From: an uncultured Gammaproteobacteria bacterium | GTDB lineage: Bacteria; Patescibacteriota; Microgenomatia; UBA8517 | Direction of reading: 5' to 3' | NCBI GenBank assembly: GCA_964540475.1 | Contig: CAZIMC010000001.1 | Location: forward strand, 269,240-333,239 | Length of the DNA stretch: 64,000 bases | Shown: piece by piece, positions 27,499 through 36,004 of the stretch | Position numbering within the stretch: the first letter of the stretch is position 1 | Layout of the letters: each line of letters begins with the position of its first letter | The notes under the pieces: generated by a model | What the model was told of the DNA's origin: nothing | What the model saw: the letters and a program-made list of their open reading frames with translations, nothing else | The model's database searches: none | Translations under genes and position numbers: made by a program

Positions 27499-28500
27499 AT
27501 GAATAAACAACCTGCCCAAACGTATTTAGATGGATTAGGACGTAAATTAACCTCTGAAGCTTTAAGAAATAAGTTAAAGCTAGAACAGCTCAAACAACGA
27601 TCAAGTTTAGCAGAAAACTTTCCACATGCACATGAGTTCTTTAAAGAAAAGGGCCTAGATTTACAAAAACTGAGAGAACACTCAGGCAGAATTATTGGTG
27701 CTGGAGCACTTGCTGGGACCTTATTTTTGTCATCTCCTTCAAACGCAAAAACACTACCCCCGCCAAACGAAATAATCGACGAGCTAAAAGAAGCGGGCAA
27801 GTTAACTTCACCGGAGCTTCGTCAAAAAACTTTGTTAGACGGGCTAAGGTCGACAATTCCCGAAAAACCAAGGCCCTTAACACGTGATGAGGAAAAGGCG
27901 TTAGAAAAATTGTTTGGGGAGATAGTGGGTGTGGAAGCGAAGGCTACCTTAGAAGGTGAAAAACTTAATACCAGTTATGGTTATATTGGCGCAGAGCAAC
28001 ATTTAAGAAGATACCCGGGTGATACGCTGCAAAACCATGGAAGTTTAGCAGATCAAAAGGAGGGTATGGCACCGGGCTTAGGTGCTTGGGGGTATTTTGC
28101 CCCCTCTTCCGATAAACTCACTCCACAACTAGTTGAAATAGAGAAGTGGTATGCTGTTGTGCAGACGTTATATTTACCCGATTGGCATATTAGGCAACCT
28201 CACCTCAAAAATTGGTATAAATACCGAAAAGTGCTAATTGTTAACACTAATAACGGAAATGCAGTCGTTGCTGCAATCGCAGATTCGGGTCCTGCAGCCT
28301 GGACAGGAAAGCATTTTGGGGGAAGCCCTGAGGTTATGGATTATCTTGGTGGCCCAAGATATAAAAAGGGGCCGGTGCTACTATTTTTTGTTGATGACCC
28401 CGAAAACCGTGTTCCACTCGGACCAGTGGAATATAATAAAGAAGGGCTATTACCACAAAGCATGATCAATATTCCCAGTGTGTCATTTAAACAAATGTAG
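27499..28500 (+). CDS. Hypothetical protein with C-terminal RlpA-like double-psi beta-barrel (DPBB) domain
   Basis: ...KVLIVNTNNGNAVVAAIADSGP... resembles RlpA ...VRVTNL.NGRSVVVRINDRGP...; N-terminal TM. Confidence 0.4.
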   Translation: MNKQPAQTYLDGLGRKLTSEALRNKLKLEQLKQRSSLAENFPHAHEFFKEKGLDLQKLREHSGRIIGAGALAGTLFLSSPSNAKTLPPPNEIIDELKEAGKLTSPELRQKTLLDGLRSTIPEKPRPLTRDEEKALEKLFGEIVGVEAKATLEGEKLNTSYGYIGAEQHLRRYPGDTLQNHGSLADQKEGMAPGLGAWGYFAPSSDKLTPQLVEIEKWYAVVQTLYLPDWHIRQPHLKNWYKYRKVLIVNTNNGNAVVAAIADSGPAAWTGKHFGGSPEVMDYLGGPRYKKGPVLLFFVDDPENRVPLGPVEYNKEGLLPQSMINIPSVSFKQM

Positions 28501-28505
28501 GTAAC

Positions 28506-28835
28506 ATGAGTAAATTATTTTTTGATCACTTAATTGACCTAACCGGTTTAGAGAAAGAGATTAAGAAGCTTACAAGTTCAGAGGAGGAGAAACAAGAGCT
28601 ATGGCTCATTGTTGATGATATTGTCCACCACAAAGTGATAGGTCTAATTCTTGCAAAGCTGCCACGTGAGCACCACGATGAATTCTTAAATTTCTTTCAT
28701 GCTGCCCCGTACGATGACAATTTAATAGCATATCTCAAAGAAAAAGTGAACGGTAATATAGAGGAATTAATAAGCCAAGAGATAGGAAGCCTGACATACA
28801 AGATACTACAAGATCTTAAAAATAAAGAACCTTAA
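28506..28835 (+). CDS. Hypothetical protein
   Basis: ORF only, 109 aa; no motif recognised. Confidence 0.4.
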   Translation: MSKLFFDHLIDLTGLEKEIKKLTSSEEEKQELWLIVDDIVHHKVIGLILAKLPREHHDEFLNFFHAAPYDDNLIAYLKEKVNGNIEELISQEIGSLTYKILQDLKNKEP

Positions 28836-28851
28836 GTATTAAAGCCCCTTA

Positions 28852-28900
28852 CTCGCTTCGCCAATATTTGGATTTGCTTCGAAGCCATTTTCGAAGCGAG
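28852..28900. terminator. Bidirectional stem-loop between convergent genes (ctcgcttcg ... cgaagcgag with inner palindrome gcttcgaagc)
   Basis: 9-bp outer stem plus inner 10-bp palindrome. Lies between the 28506..28835 (+) gene and the 28919..29125 (-) gene. Confidence 0.5.
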
Positions 28901-28918
28901 AAAGGTAGGTTTAAAAAG

Positions 28919-29125
28919 TTATTTTTTCTTACTCATCGCCATCCAGAGCATGTAAAGTCCGGAAGCACCAACTAAGACATAAACAACCTGTACCAAAGCT
29001 CCTGCTCCAAGAAGAGCCTCAACCAAATTAAGGTTTAATGCTCCAAGGAGTCCCCAATTCAATGCTCCAACAACAACCAATGTCCAGGCGACCCAATCTA
29101 CTGTATTCATCTTCATATAAATCAC
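28919..29125 (-). CDS. DUF378-family small membrane protein
   Basis: ...NTVDWVAWTLVVVGALNWGLLGA..LNLV... matches the DUF378 pattern; two TM helices; 60-68 aa. Confidence 0.6.
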   Translation of the reverse strand: MIYMKMNTVDWVAWTLVVVGALNWGLLGALNLNLVEALLGAGALVQVVYVLVGASGLYMLWMAMSKKK

Positions 29126-29211
29126 CCCCTCTCAGTTGTATATATCCAGTATTTCCCCAAAACTTAGGGCTTGTCAAGAGCATTAATTGGTTGCGAAAAG
29201 TATGAGGCAAC

Positions 29212-29826
29212 CTAAATTGCCAAAGGGAGTTTTTGTGCAACCCAAATACCAGCAAGTTCTCGGTAAAGTCCGTCAACGTCCAGCCCGTAACCAACCACAA
29301 ATTTATCAGGAATATAGTAGCCGGGAAATTTCAGGTCGACTTCGAACTTTCTTCTAGATGGTTTATTAAGGAGTGTGCAAACTTCAAGTGATCTGGGTTT
29401 TTGAAAGCCAATATGCTCTCTCAATAGCTCGACAGTAATCCCGGTATCAACTATATCCTCAACTATAACAACATCCCTGTCAGCAACTGAAGGTACCAAC
29501 TCTTCCGTAATTGATGGTTGACCATTACTTCGTGTGCCATTCGTATAACTTGATACTTTTATAAAGCCAAGGTCATAGGGGAAATTTAGATAGCCTCTTA
29601 AGTCGTTAGCAAAAGTCACTGCCCCGTCCTTAACGATCACAAGTATTGGCTTCTTCCCATTATATTCCTCATTGAGGTAACGTGCACTATTTTTCACTAT
29701 AGCACCAACCTCAATCGGTGGAATTAAGAGCTCCGTGAGTTTATATTGAAAACCATTTTTCTCTATGGGGCTAACGAGTGTTGCTCTTTCTATTCTCCCT
29801 TTTTTAGTTAATGATTCCGGAGACAT
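29212..29826 (-). CDS. hpt: Hypoxanthine-guanine phosphoribosyltransferase
   Basis: PRPP-binding VVIVEDIVDTGITV, ...SSY...GQPS..., GFQKPRSLEVCTLLNKPSRRK, FVVGYGLDVDGLYRELAGIW — HPRT-wide conservation. Confidence 0.85.
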   Translation of the reverse strand: MSPESLTKKGRIERATLVSPIEKNGFQYKLTELLIPPIEVGAIVKNSARYLNEEYNGKKPILVIVKDGAVTFANDLRGYLNFPYDLGFIKVSSYTNGTRSNGQPSITEELVPSVADRDVVIVEDIVDTGITVELLREHIGFQKPRSLEVCTLLNKPSRRKFEVDLKFPGYYIPDKFVVGYGLDVDGLYRELAGIWVAQKLPLAI

Positions 29827-29894
29827 AAAATCGTTATAGCAGTAAAAGTTTTAAAGTACAAGTGTTGATTGGTGGTGTTTGATATTATTAGTTA

Positions 29895-30848
29895 ATGTCT
29901 AATCAGAAGGGAATAATTCATCTATTTCCGCTAATAGTAGTAGGTTTTGTTGTAGCGGGCGCCTTAGTACTAACAGTAAGGGGGTTTCCAACTTCCAAGG
30001 TCAGTATGGTGGCAGAAATAAATAATGAAAATACAACGGATGAAAGTCCGTTACCAGATGAATTACCCAGCCTGAGTCCTTTACCTTCCCCTTCTCCGTC
30101 AATTTCACCTACTCCAAAGTCTTCAACCACGCCAGTTCCAGCTGTTAATAACTCCGCTCCGGTTGAGGGTTATTCAAGACAAACTGTAGCAACTGATATT
30201 GGGAGTTTTACTGTAGATTTAATAGCGGCTGATCTTTCCTCGACCCGTGTAATTGTTGATACCGCAAGCCCAAGCGATTGCTTTAACGATTGTCCCGTTT
30301 TACCTCTTGGGGAGTATGTCGCAAGAAACGGGGCATTTGCCGGCATAAACGGCTCATATTTTTGCCCTGCCACATACCCTGATTGTCAGAGTAAGAAGAA
30401 CACTTTTGACACACTACTCATGAACAAAGACAAAGTTTATTTTAATTCTGACAATAACGTTCATTCCACTGTTCCAGCAGTAATTTTTGGCAATGGCTTC
30501 GTAAATTTTATTGGTGCTTCCAGCTCATGGGGCCGTGACACTTCAATTAGCAGTATGATTGCCAATCAACCACTACTGGTGTCTGGAGGACAAGTTGTAT
30601 TTGGTGGAGACGGAGATCCGAAAAAGGGAAGTAAGGCCGGTCGCAGCTTTGTAGCCAACAAAGTAAACACTGTGTATATCGGCGTTGTTCATAATGCAAC
30701 TGTTGCCGAATCTGCACGTGTTTTGGCAGCCTTGGGAGTGGATAATGGGTTAAACCTTGATAGTGGTGGTTCAACCGCCCTTTGGCATGGAGGTTATAAA
30801 GTTGGACCTGGAAGAAATATTCCAAACGCAATATTATTTGTTAAATAA
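29895..30848 (+). CDS. Phosphodiester glycosidase family protein (NAGPA-like, DUF2233), membrane-anchored with Pro/Ser-rich linker
   Basis: N-terminal TM, low-complexity PLPSPSPSISPTPKSSTTP linker, ...INGSYF... and ...LDSGGSTAL... blocks of the phosphodiester glycosidase family. Confidence 0.55.
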   Translation: MSNQKGIIHLFPLIVVGFVVAGALVLTVRGFPTSKVSMVAEINNENTTDESPLPDELPSLSPLPSPSPSISPTPKSSTTPVPAVNNSAPVEGYSRQTVATDIGSFTVDLIAADLSSTRVIVDTASPSDCFNDCPVLPLGEYVARNGAFAGINGSYFCPATYPDCQSKKNTFDTLLMNKDKVYFNSDNNVHSTVPAVIFGNGFVNFIGASSSWGRDTSISSMIANQPLLVSGGQVVFGGDGDPKKGSKAGRSFVANKVNTVYIGVVHNATVAESARVLAALGVDNGLNLDSGGSTALWHGGYKVGPGRNIPNAILFVK

Positions 30849-31174
30849 TGGACAATCATTACGGCGGAGTAATCTGGACAAACCACGCGCTTCAAAGATT
30901 AAGGGAAAGAAACATTTCCCAAGGCGATGCCTGGGCAACATGGAGCAGGCCTGAGCAGAGCCGAAAGGGGGCATCGGGGAACTGGGTTTATTATAAAACT
31001 TGGGGAAATCAAAAAATTGAAGTTGTTGCAAAACAAAACGAAAAGGGTGAATGGTTAATTCTGTCTGTATGGAGCAGACCGGTATATGGCAATCAGCAAA
31101 CATATTCTAAAAGCGGCGGCGGTTTGATGGAAAAAATCCTCCAATTTCTCCTAGGCTGGGCGAGGAAAAAATAG
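30848..31174 (+). CDS. DUF4258-family protein (toxin-like small protein), no adjacent antitoxin-like partner recognised
   Basis: ...WTNHALQRLRERNISQGD... matches the H-A-x-x-R-(M/L)-x-E-R-x-I motif recalled for DUF4258; start overlaps the upstream stop. Confidence 0.35.
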   Translation: MDNHYGGVIWTNHALQRLRERNISQGDAWATWSRPEQSRKGASGNWVYYKTWGNQKIEVVAKQNEKGEWLILSVWSRPVYGNQQTYSKSGGGLMEKILQFLLGWARKK

Positions 31175-31224
31175 CTTCACAAACGCGCAATTCACGAGGC
31201 TTCTATGATAAAATACGCATGTAT

Positions 31225-31238
31225 TGGGAGATCGTCTA
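31225..31238 (+). repeat. 14-nt direct repeat of the tRNA-Gln 5' end (tgggagatcgtcta), forming a hairpin with cgatctcc at 31266-31273
   Basis: Exact match to 31281-31294; does not fold into a cloverleaf. Confidence 0.5.
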
Positions 31239-31280
31239 TACGGTAAGCAGAGATTGGCCGTTATCCGATCTCCAATATGA

Positions 31281-31351
31281 TGGGAGATCGTCTAACGGTA
31301 GGACAATGGACTCTGACTCCATTAATCTTGGTTCGAATCCAGGTCTCCCAG
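31281..31351 (+). tRNA. tRNA-Gln (anticodon CUG)
   Basis: Manually folded. Acceptor tgggaga/tctccca, D-stem gtct/ggac, anticodon stem atgga/tccat with loop ctCTGac (U33, A37), T-arm cttgg-TTCGAAT-ccagg, discriminator G; CCA not encoded. Confidence 0.85.
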
Positions 31352-31402
31352 CTCGTGCCTGTTAAAAAGTGAGATGTGTAAACCCATATCACCCGGAAGG
31401 CG

Positions 31403-31768
31403 CTACGTTGTCCGCAGGATTTTCTCCATTGCTTTGCCTTTGGCCAACTCGTCAACCAATTTATCTAAGTAGCGGATTTCTTGCATTAATGGCTCTTTAA
31501 TTTCCTCAACCCGCATACCGCAAATTATTCCTGTTATTAACTTGCGGGAAGGATTTAATTTGGGAGCTTTTGTAAAAAAAGTCTCAAAATCAGTTTGCTT
31601 TTTTAGTTGCGCTTCTAAGCCTTTAGGGTTATAACCGGTCAACCAAAAAATAATTTTATCCACCTCTTCCTTCGTGCGGCGTTTTTTCTCCACCTTGGCA
31701 ATATATAAAGGATATACACTAGCAAAGCTCATTTTGTAAATGCGGTGATTTTTCCCGTTGGCTTTCAT
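31403..31768 (-). CDS. Conserved hypothetical protein (DUF2200-like); probable start at internal Met ([17 protein letters not shown]...)
   Basis: ...[43 protein letters not shown]... resembles the DUF2200 family from memory. Confidence 0.4.
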   Translation of the reverse strand: MKANGKNHRIYKMSFASVYPLYIAKVEKKRRTKEEVDKIIFWLTGYNPKGLEAQLKKQTDFETFFTKAPKLNPSRKLITGIICGMRVEEIKEPLMQEIRYLDKLVDELAKGKAMEKILRTT

Positions 31769-31868
31769 TTTTAATATTCTATCACGATAAGCATTGACTC
31801 GAGTTAACTATTTTGATCTTCGGGTGTAGCCGTTTTTGTTGCCTGCCTTTGATATAATGATTTAAGCA

Positions 31869-32204
31869 ATGAAGACAAAAAGCTTAAGTTTAATTATGCA
31901 AAACAAGGTATTTGTTTGGATTGCGCTTGTAACTGGCTTTATTTTGCTGATTCCCTTAATGGCAATGCAGTTTGGCTGGCGAGTGACTGACCCTGGTAGC
32001 TCTACTAAAGATGGGGTTAATTGGTCACTTTTTGATTTTGTCGCAATGGGCAGTCTTTTGTTTGGGACCGGCAGCATATTCATCTTGGCAGCAAGAAGGG
32101 TGAATAAAAAATATCGGGGTGTTCTTGGTCTTGTGTTTATGTTCGTACTTCTCTATCTTTGGGCAGAACTGGCTGTAGGGATTTTTACAAAAATTGGCAA
32201 CTGA
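31869..32204 (+). CDS. Small membrane protein (3 TM), hypothetical
   Basis: ORF 111 aa with three hydrophobic helices. Confidence 0.4.
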   Translation: MKTKSLSLIMQNKVFVWIALVTGFILLIPLMAMQFGWRVTDPGSSTKDGVNWSLFDFVAMGSLLFGTGSIFILAARRVNKKYRGVLGLVFMFVLLYLWAELAVGIFTKIGN

Positions 32205-32218
32205 TATTAGGGTGAAAT

Positions 32219-32518
32219 TTATTTTGTCCTTTTAATACTTTGTACAGATGGACTTACTGGTTTATCTGGTCTGTGAATACATCCATACCAGCAGCACGGC
32301 CGACGCTTGCCTTCCAATAACTCCTTCTTAACCCTATTGACGTGTTCTTTTCTTGTTTCTAACTTTTTGACTGAAACTACCCAACATATCCATTCATTCC
32401 GGGCAAGTGGGGTTAAACTTTCCCATTTAGTCAAAACCTGTGAATTGGAAAGTAGTACTTTTCGTAGATCCTTCGGCAATTTATGCACAACGCCAGCTGA
32501 GACATTTTTATTGAGCAT
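32219..32518 (-). CDS. YdeI/OmpD-associated family protein
   Basis: ...LTPLARNEWICWVVSVKKLETR...GKRRPCCWYGCIHR... matches the conserved C-terminal block of the YdeI/OmpD-associated (bacteriocin-protection) family. Confidence 0.6.
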   Translation of the reverse strand: MLNKNVSAGVVHKLPKDLRKVLLSNSQVLTKWESLTPLARNEWICWVVSVKKLETRKEHVNRVKKELLEGKRRPCCWYGCIHRPDKPVSPSVQSIKRTK

Positions 32519-32561
32519 GGGTAAATTCTAACAGATCCAGTTTACTATGTAATATAAGTAA

Positions 32562-32951
32562 TTGGCAGGATGGCAAATAGCTTACACGATCTTCTTTTGC
32601 TATACTCAAATAATGTCTGAAAAGGTGTTGGGGTACATTCTTCTTGGGTTTGGAATACTTGTAATTCTCTTCGCTGTTGTAAACACGTATTGGGTGTTTG
32701 CCGGAATTTCAAATCCTGTTCAAATTGTCGATCCAAACTCACCCTTAATTTTTAATTTAACCCTACCTTCTGATCGAGGAATTCCAATGGAAGTTCCCAT
32801 TAATCTTGGCGAATCCTTACCCTTTTTTGCTTTAACAAACAAAATTTTTCATATAATTCTTATGGGTTTTATCGTTAGTGCCGCGGCCAAGGTTGCGATG
32901 ATTGGCGTAAACCTCGTCCGACCGATTGTTGTAAAAGCCAAATCGGAGTAA
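32562..32951 (+). CDS. Hypothetical membrane protein (start possibly at 32616, MSEKVLGY...)
   Basis: ORF with 3 hydrophobic helices; no motif. Confidence 0.35.
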   Translation: MAGWQIAYTIFFCYTQIMSEKVLGYILLGFGILVILFAVVNTYWVFAGISNPVQIVDPNSPLIFNLTLPSDRGIPMEVPINLGESLPFFALTNKIFHIILMGFIVSAAAKVAMIGVNLVRPIVVKAKSE

Positions 32952-32964
32952 AATATACCTCAGC

Positions 32965-33426
32965 ATGGAGGAAAAAATCAAAGTCCGATTGAGGCTTGTG
33001 ATCATCAAAAACGAAAAACTTCTAGCATACTACGACTCAGTCGAGGATTACTACTTTTATATCGGCGGTAAATTGGAATTTGGAGAAACAATTAAGGAAG
33101 GGTGGGAAAGAGAGATAAGGGAGGAGCTGGGAGAGGATGTACGATTCACTTTCAAGAAAATTCTATACGTTAGGGATTTCATTTTAAGAGAAAAAGGCGA
33201 ACACAGTGTTGAACTTTTTATATTGGGAGATATTAATAAGTTTGAAGAGATTGAGGGCCGACCAGACCCAGAGGATGATGGTAAAAAGTGGCCCACCTGG
33301 CTTGATATCAAAAACCTCCCCGACAATTTATATCCTAAACCTTTAACTAAAAAGATATACGAGGATTATAAAAACGGATTTCCAAATGTTGGGGAATATG
33401 TGGGCAGGATGGATAACGAGTCATGA
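32965..33426 (+). CDS. NUDIX hydrolase
   Basis: Nudix box GGKLEFGETIKEGWEREIREELGED (Gx5Ex7REUxEExGU). Confidence 0.75.
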   Translation: MEEKIKVRLRLVIIKNEKLLAYYDSVEDYYFYIGGKLEFGETIKEGWEREIREELGEDVRFTFKKILYVRDFILREKGEHSVELFILGDINKFEEIEGRPDPEDDGKKWPTWLDIKNLPDNLYPKPLTKKIYEDYKNGFPNVGEYVGRMDNES

Positions 33427-34097
33427 CATTTGGAAAGAGGGTTTTTGAGTTTTATAAGAATTTGGTCGCTCCGCCGCTTCCCCCTGGGATTGAAGTAATG
33501 AATCCGCATAAAAATCCAGAAACTGCTAAGGTTGCTAAAACATTCTTAGATAATTATTTCTCAGACAACAATAAGCGGGTTCTGGTTTTTGGAATAAATC
33601 CTGGAAGGTTTGGTGCAGGGATTACCGGTATAACTTTTACTGATCCGCCGTCACTTAAAAATCACTTAAATATTGATCATAATTTAGGCTATAAATCGGA
33701 GCTTTCTGCGCAATTTGTATACAATTTTATTGAAAGCTGGGGTGGGCCAAAAAAATTCTACTCAAAATTTTTTATGACTGCACTTTCCCCTTTGGGATTT
33801 GTTAAAAACGGCAAAAACTATAATTATTACGACGACCCTGAACTTTTGTCAGCTACACTCCCCTTTATTGTTCAAACGATTAAACAGCAAATCGAACTCG
33901 GTGGAGAAACCCACTCCGCAATCATCTTCGGTTCCGGAAAAAATTTAAAAGTGTTTGAAAAGCTTAACTTAGAAAATAAATTTTTTGACAAAGTTTATGC
34001 ACTAGAGCACCCAAGATTTATATTGCAATACAAACGTAAGTATGTAGATGACTATATTAAAAAATACCACGAAGTGTTTTCAGCTACTTTAAAATAG
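33423..34097 (+). CDS. Uracil-DNA glycosylase superfamily protein (DUF4918-like)
   Basis: ...VLVFGINPGRFGAGITGITFTDP... resembles the UDG-superfamily motif A (GxNPG...G.PF); start overlaps the NUDIX stop. Confidence 0.45.
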   Translation: MTFGKRVFEFYKNLVAPPLPPGIEVMNPHKNPETAKVAKTFLDNYFSDNNKRVLVFGINPGRFGAGITGITFTDPPSLKNHLNIDHNLGYKSELSAQFVYNFIESWGGPKKFYSKFFMTALSPLGFVKNGKNYNYYDDPELLSATLPFIVQTIKQQIELGGETHSAIIFGSGKNLKVFEKLNLENKFFDKVYALEHPRFILQYKRKYVDDYIKKYHEVFSATLK

Positions 34098-34154
34098 TTT
34101 AGTAAAGTCGGCTTTACTAGATTTTCCATCTTTCTTAGTAAATAATACCCATTA

Positions 34155-34847
34155 ATGGACATCAAGATTCACGAGTTTCAGATTTCAATACTTAGGGAGC
34201 TTTTATTTAAGCCTCAAGCAAGGTTTAGGGATCTTAAAAAGGTGGACCTTACTAATGACCACTTTACTTTCCATGTTAACCACTTAATAAAACAAGGTTT
34301 AATTGAAAAAACTGCTGGCAGATATTCCTTAACAACTATTGGCAAAGAGTTTGCAAACCGAATGGACACCGATACGAAAAAACTTGAAAGGCAAGCCAAG
34401 TTGGCAGTTGCTATGCATGCTGTCAGAGGTTATCACGGAAAAACTGAATACCTGGTTCACAAAAGACTTAAAGTGCCGTTCTTTGGCTGGTATGGCTCAC
34501 ATAGTGGAAAAATTAGGTGGGGGGAAACTCCATTGGAATGCGCTAAGCGGGAATTTTTCGAGGAAACTGGATTAACTGGTGAATTCACTCATAAAGGAAT
34601 AGTGCATTACCACCATTTCCATAAAGACGGCAGGCTTTTGGAGGATAAGTACTTTTGGGTCTACAAAGTTACGGATATAGCTGGAGAACTAAAAACTAAA
34701 GTACCGGAAGGAGAGAATATCTGGATGACTGAAGTTGAATTCAGAAAGCTTAAAAATGTGTTTGCGGATTTTGATGAAATGGTCGAAGTAATTAACAGCA
34801 AAAGACTTGTTTATATAGATAGGGCTAAATTTGTAGAAAGTTACTAA
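34155..34847 (+). CDS. Winged-helix (N-terminal) + NUDIX hydrolase fusion protein
   Basis: N-terminal ...ISILRELLFKPQARFRDLKK...HVNHLIKQGLIEK... wHTH; Nudix box GKIRWGETPLECAKREFFEETGL. Confidence 0.65.
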   Translation: MDIKIHEFQISILRELLFKPQARFRDLKKVDLTNDHFTFHVNHLIKQGLIEKTAGRYSLTTIGKEFANRMDTDTKKLERQAKLAVAMHAVRGYHGKTEYLVHKRLKVPFFGWYGSHSGKIRWGETPLECAKREFFEETGLTGEFTHKGIVHYHHFHKDGRLLEDKYFWVYKVTDIAGELKTKVPEGENIWMTEVEFRKLKNVFADFDEMVEVINSKRLVYIDRAKFVESY

Positions 34848-35155
34848 TGAGCGCAGAAAGTATTGTTAAAAAATGGGCGAGTTGCCATCACTCTCTGGCT
34901 TTTGGGTATGGCGGGGAGGATGGCCACGAGTTAAGAAGCCAAGGTTTTAATGAAAACTATGCTTGCGAACACCCTGAGGTTGTTACTAGCGGCCAACACA
35001 AAATAACTGGTCTTTATGAAGATGGTAAGACAACGCAGGTTGCAGTATTACACGGAACTGGTCATGTCGAAGACCCAACTGTAATAAAAACACTCGAAGC
35101 TTCTTGCATGAATTGTCCGTATTATCTCAAAAACCGAAGCCCTTGGGAGAAATAG
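34847..35155 (+). CDS. Hypothetical Cys/His-containing protein
   Basis: ORF 102 aa; ...CHHS...CEHPE...CMNCPYY...; no family recognised. Confidence 0.35.
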   Translation: MSAESIVKKWASCHHSLAFGYGGEDGHELRSQGFNENYACEHPEVVTSGQHKITGLYEDGKTTQVAVLHGTGHVEDPTVIKTLEASCMNCPYYLKNRSPWEK

Positions 35156-35156
35156 C

Positions 35157-35348
35157 TTATTGCTTTGCCCAGTGGTAGAGGATATAGGCGCTTGCTCCAA
35201 TAAATACCACCCACATTAAAGCTAGCAGATTTGCAAAAAATTCCGTGAAGTAAATTCCTAATAAAATTCCAAAAGCAACTGCGGCGGATTTAAAAAGCCC
35301 CATCTGCCACCAGTTCATTTTCATATTTTTAAATGGATTAAGTTTCAT
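35157..35348 (-). CDS. Small membrane protein (2 TM), hypothetical
   Basis: 63 aa, two hydrophobic helices. Confidence 0.3.
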   Translation of the reverse strand: MKLNPFKNMKMNWWQMGLFKSAAVAFGILLGIYFTEFFANLLALMWVVFIGASAYILYHWAKQ

Positions 35349-35395
35349 ATAAATATTATTACATCAAAATTCAGTCTATAGCAATATGCATAAAA

Positions 35396-36001
35396 TCATA
35401 ATAGGAATTTTCCTACATACACTTCTATGAATGCGGCAATCAGAAGCAAAAATGCTATTCCCGGTAAGTAAAGAAGTACCAGCAACAAGTCCTGCTTGAA
35501 GGTTTTCCACTTAGTTTCTGATCTTATCCAATTTGTCCCCAAGCGCAAACCCAATGCTGCACCGATCAGGATTGCCGGGATTTCTATAATGCCATGTGGC
35601 AACAGATAAACCAGGGAGCGGGTTACAAGCTCAATTACACTAGTATTGGGTGTAGTAAAAAATGCTGCTACCACATATCCCACAACAAAACCATTAACAA
35701 TTATTATCAGAATTGGTCCGAGTCCCAGCAACAAACCGGAAATCAATGAAGCTGTAACTACGGTTAAATTATTTTTGAAAATTAATAAAACTAATTTGGC
35801 ATCAAATATAATATCAGAGCCGAACTTCTCATAGTAATCCTTCATAATTTCCTCCAATAGCCTGGGGTTAAGACGAAACGCAGTAACACCAAAAATCATA
35901 GCCATCAAAAACCAAATAGTGACCGCGCGGAACCATCTGCCGTTTTCCTTGAACATTTTTTTGTAATAATCAAGAAATCGCTTCATATAATTAACAAGCA
36001 T
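35396..36001 (-). CDS. Stage II sporulation protein M-like (SpoIIM/DUF95 family) membrane protein
   Basis: About 200 aa, 5-6 TM; ...LIFKNNLTVVTASLISGLLLGLGPILIIIVNGFVVGYVVA... matches the SpoIIM/DUF95 core. Confidence 0.55.
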   Translation of the reverse strand: MLVNYMKRFLDYYKKMFKENGRWFRAVTIWFLMAMIFGVTAFRLNPRLLEEIMKDYYEKFGSDIIFDAKLVLLIFKNNLTVVTASLISGLLLGLGPILIIIVNGFVVGYVVAAFFTTPNTSVIELVTRSLVYLLPHGIIEIPAILIGAALGLRLGTNWIRSETKWKTFKQDLLLVLLYLPGIAFLLLIAAFIEVYVGKFLL

Positions 36002-36004
36002 AAA

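Noticed and set aside
31224-31280. Upstream copy of the tRNA-Gln 5' end as a second tRNA or pseudo-tRNA
   Set aside because: Cannot be folded into D/anticodon/T arms; only a simple hairpin.
31261-31455. Minus-strand 64-aa ORF
   Set aside because: Antisense to tRNA-Gln; artefact.
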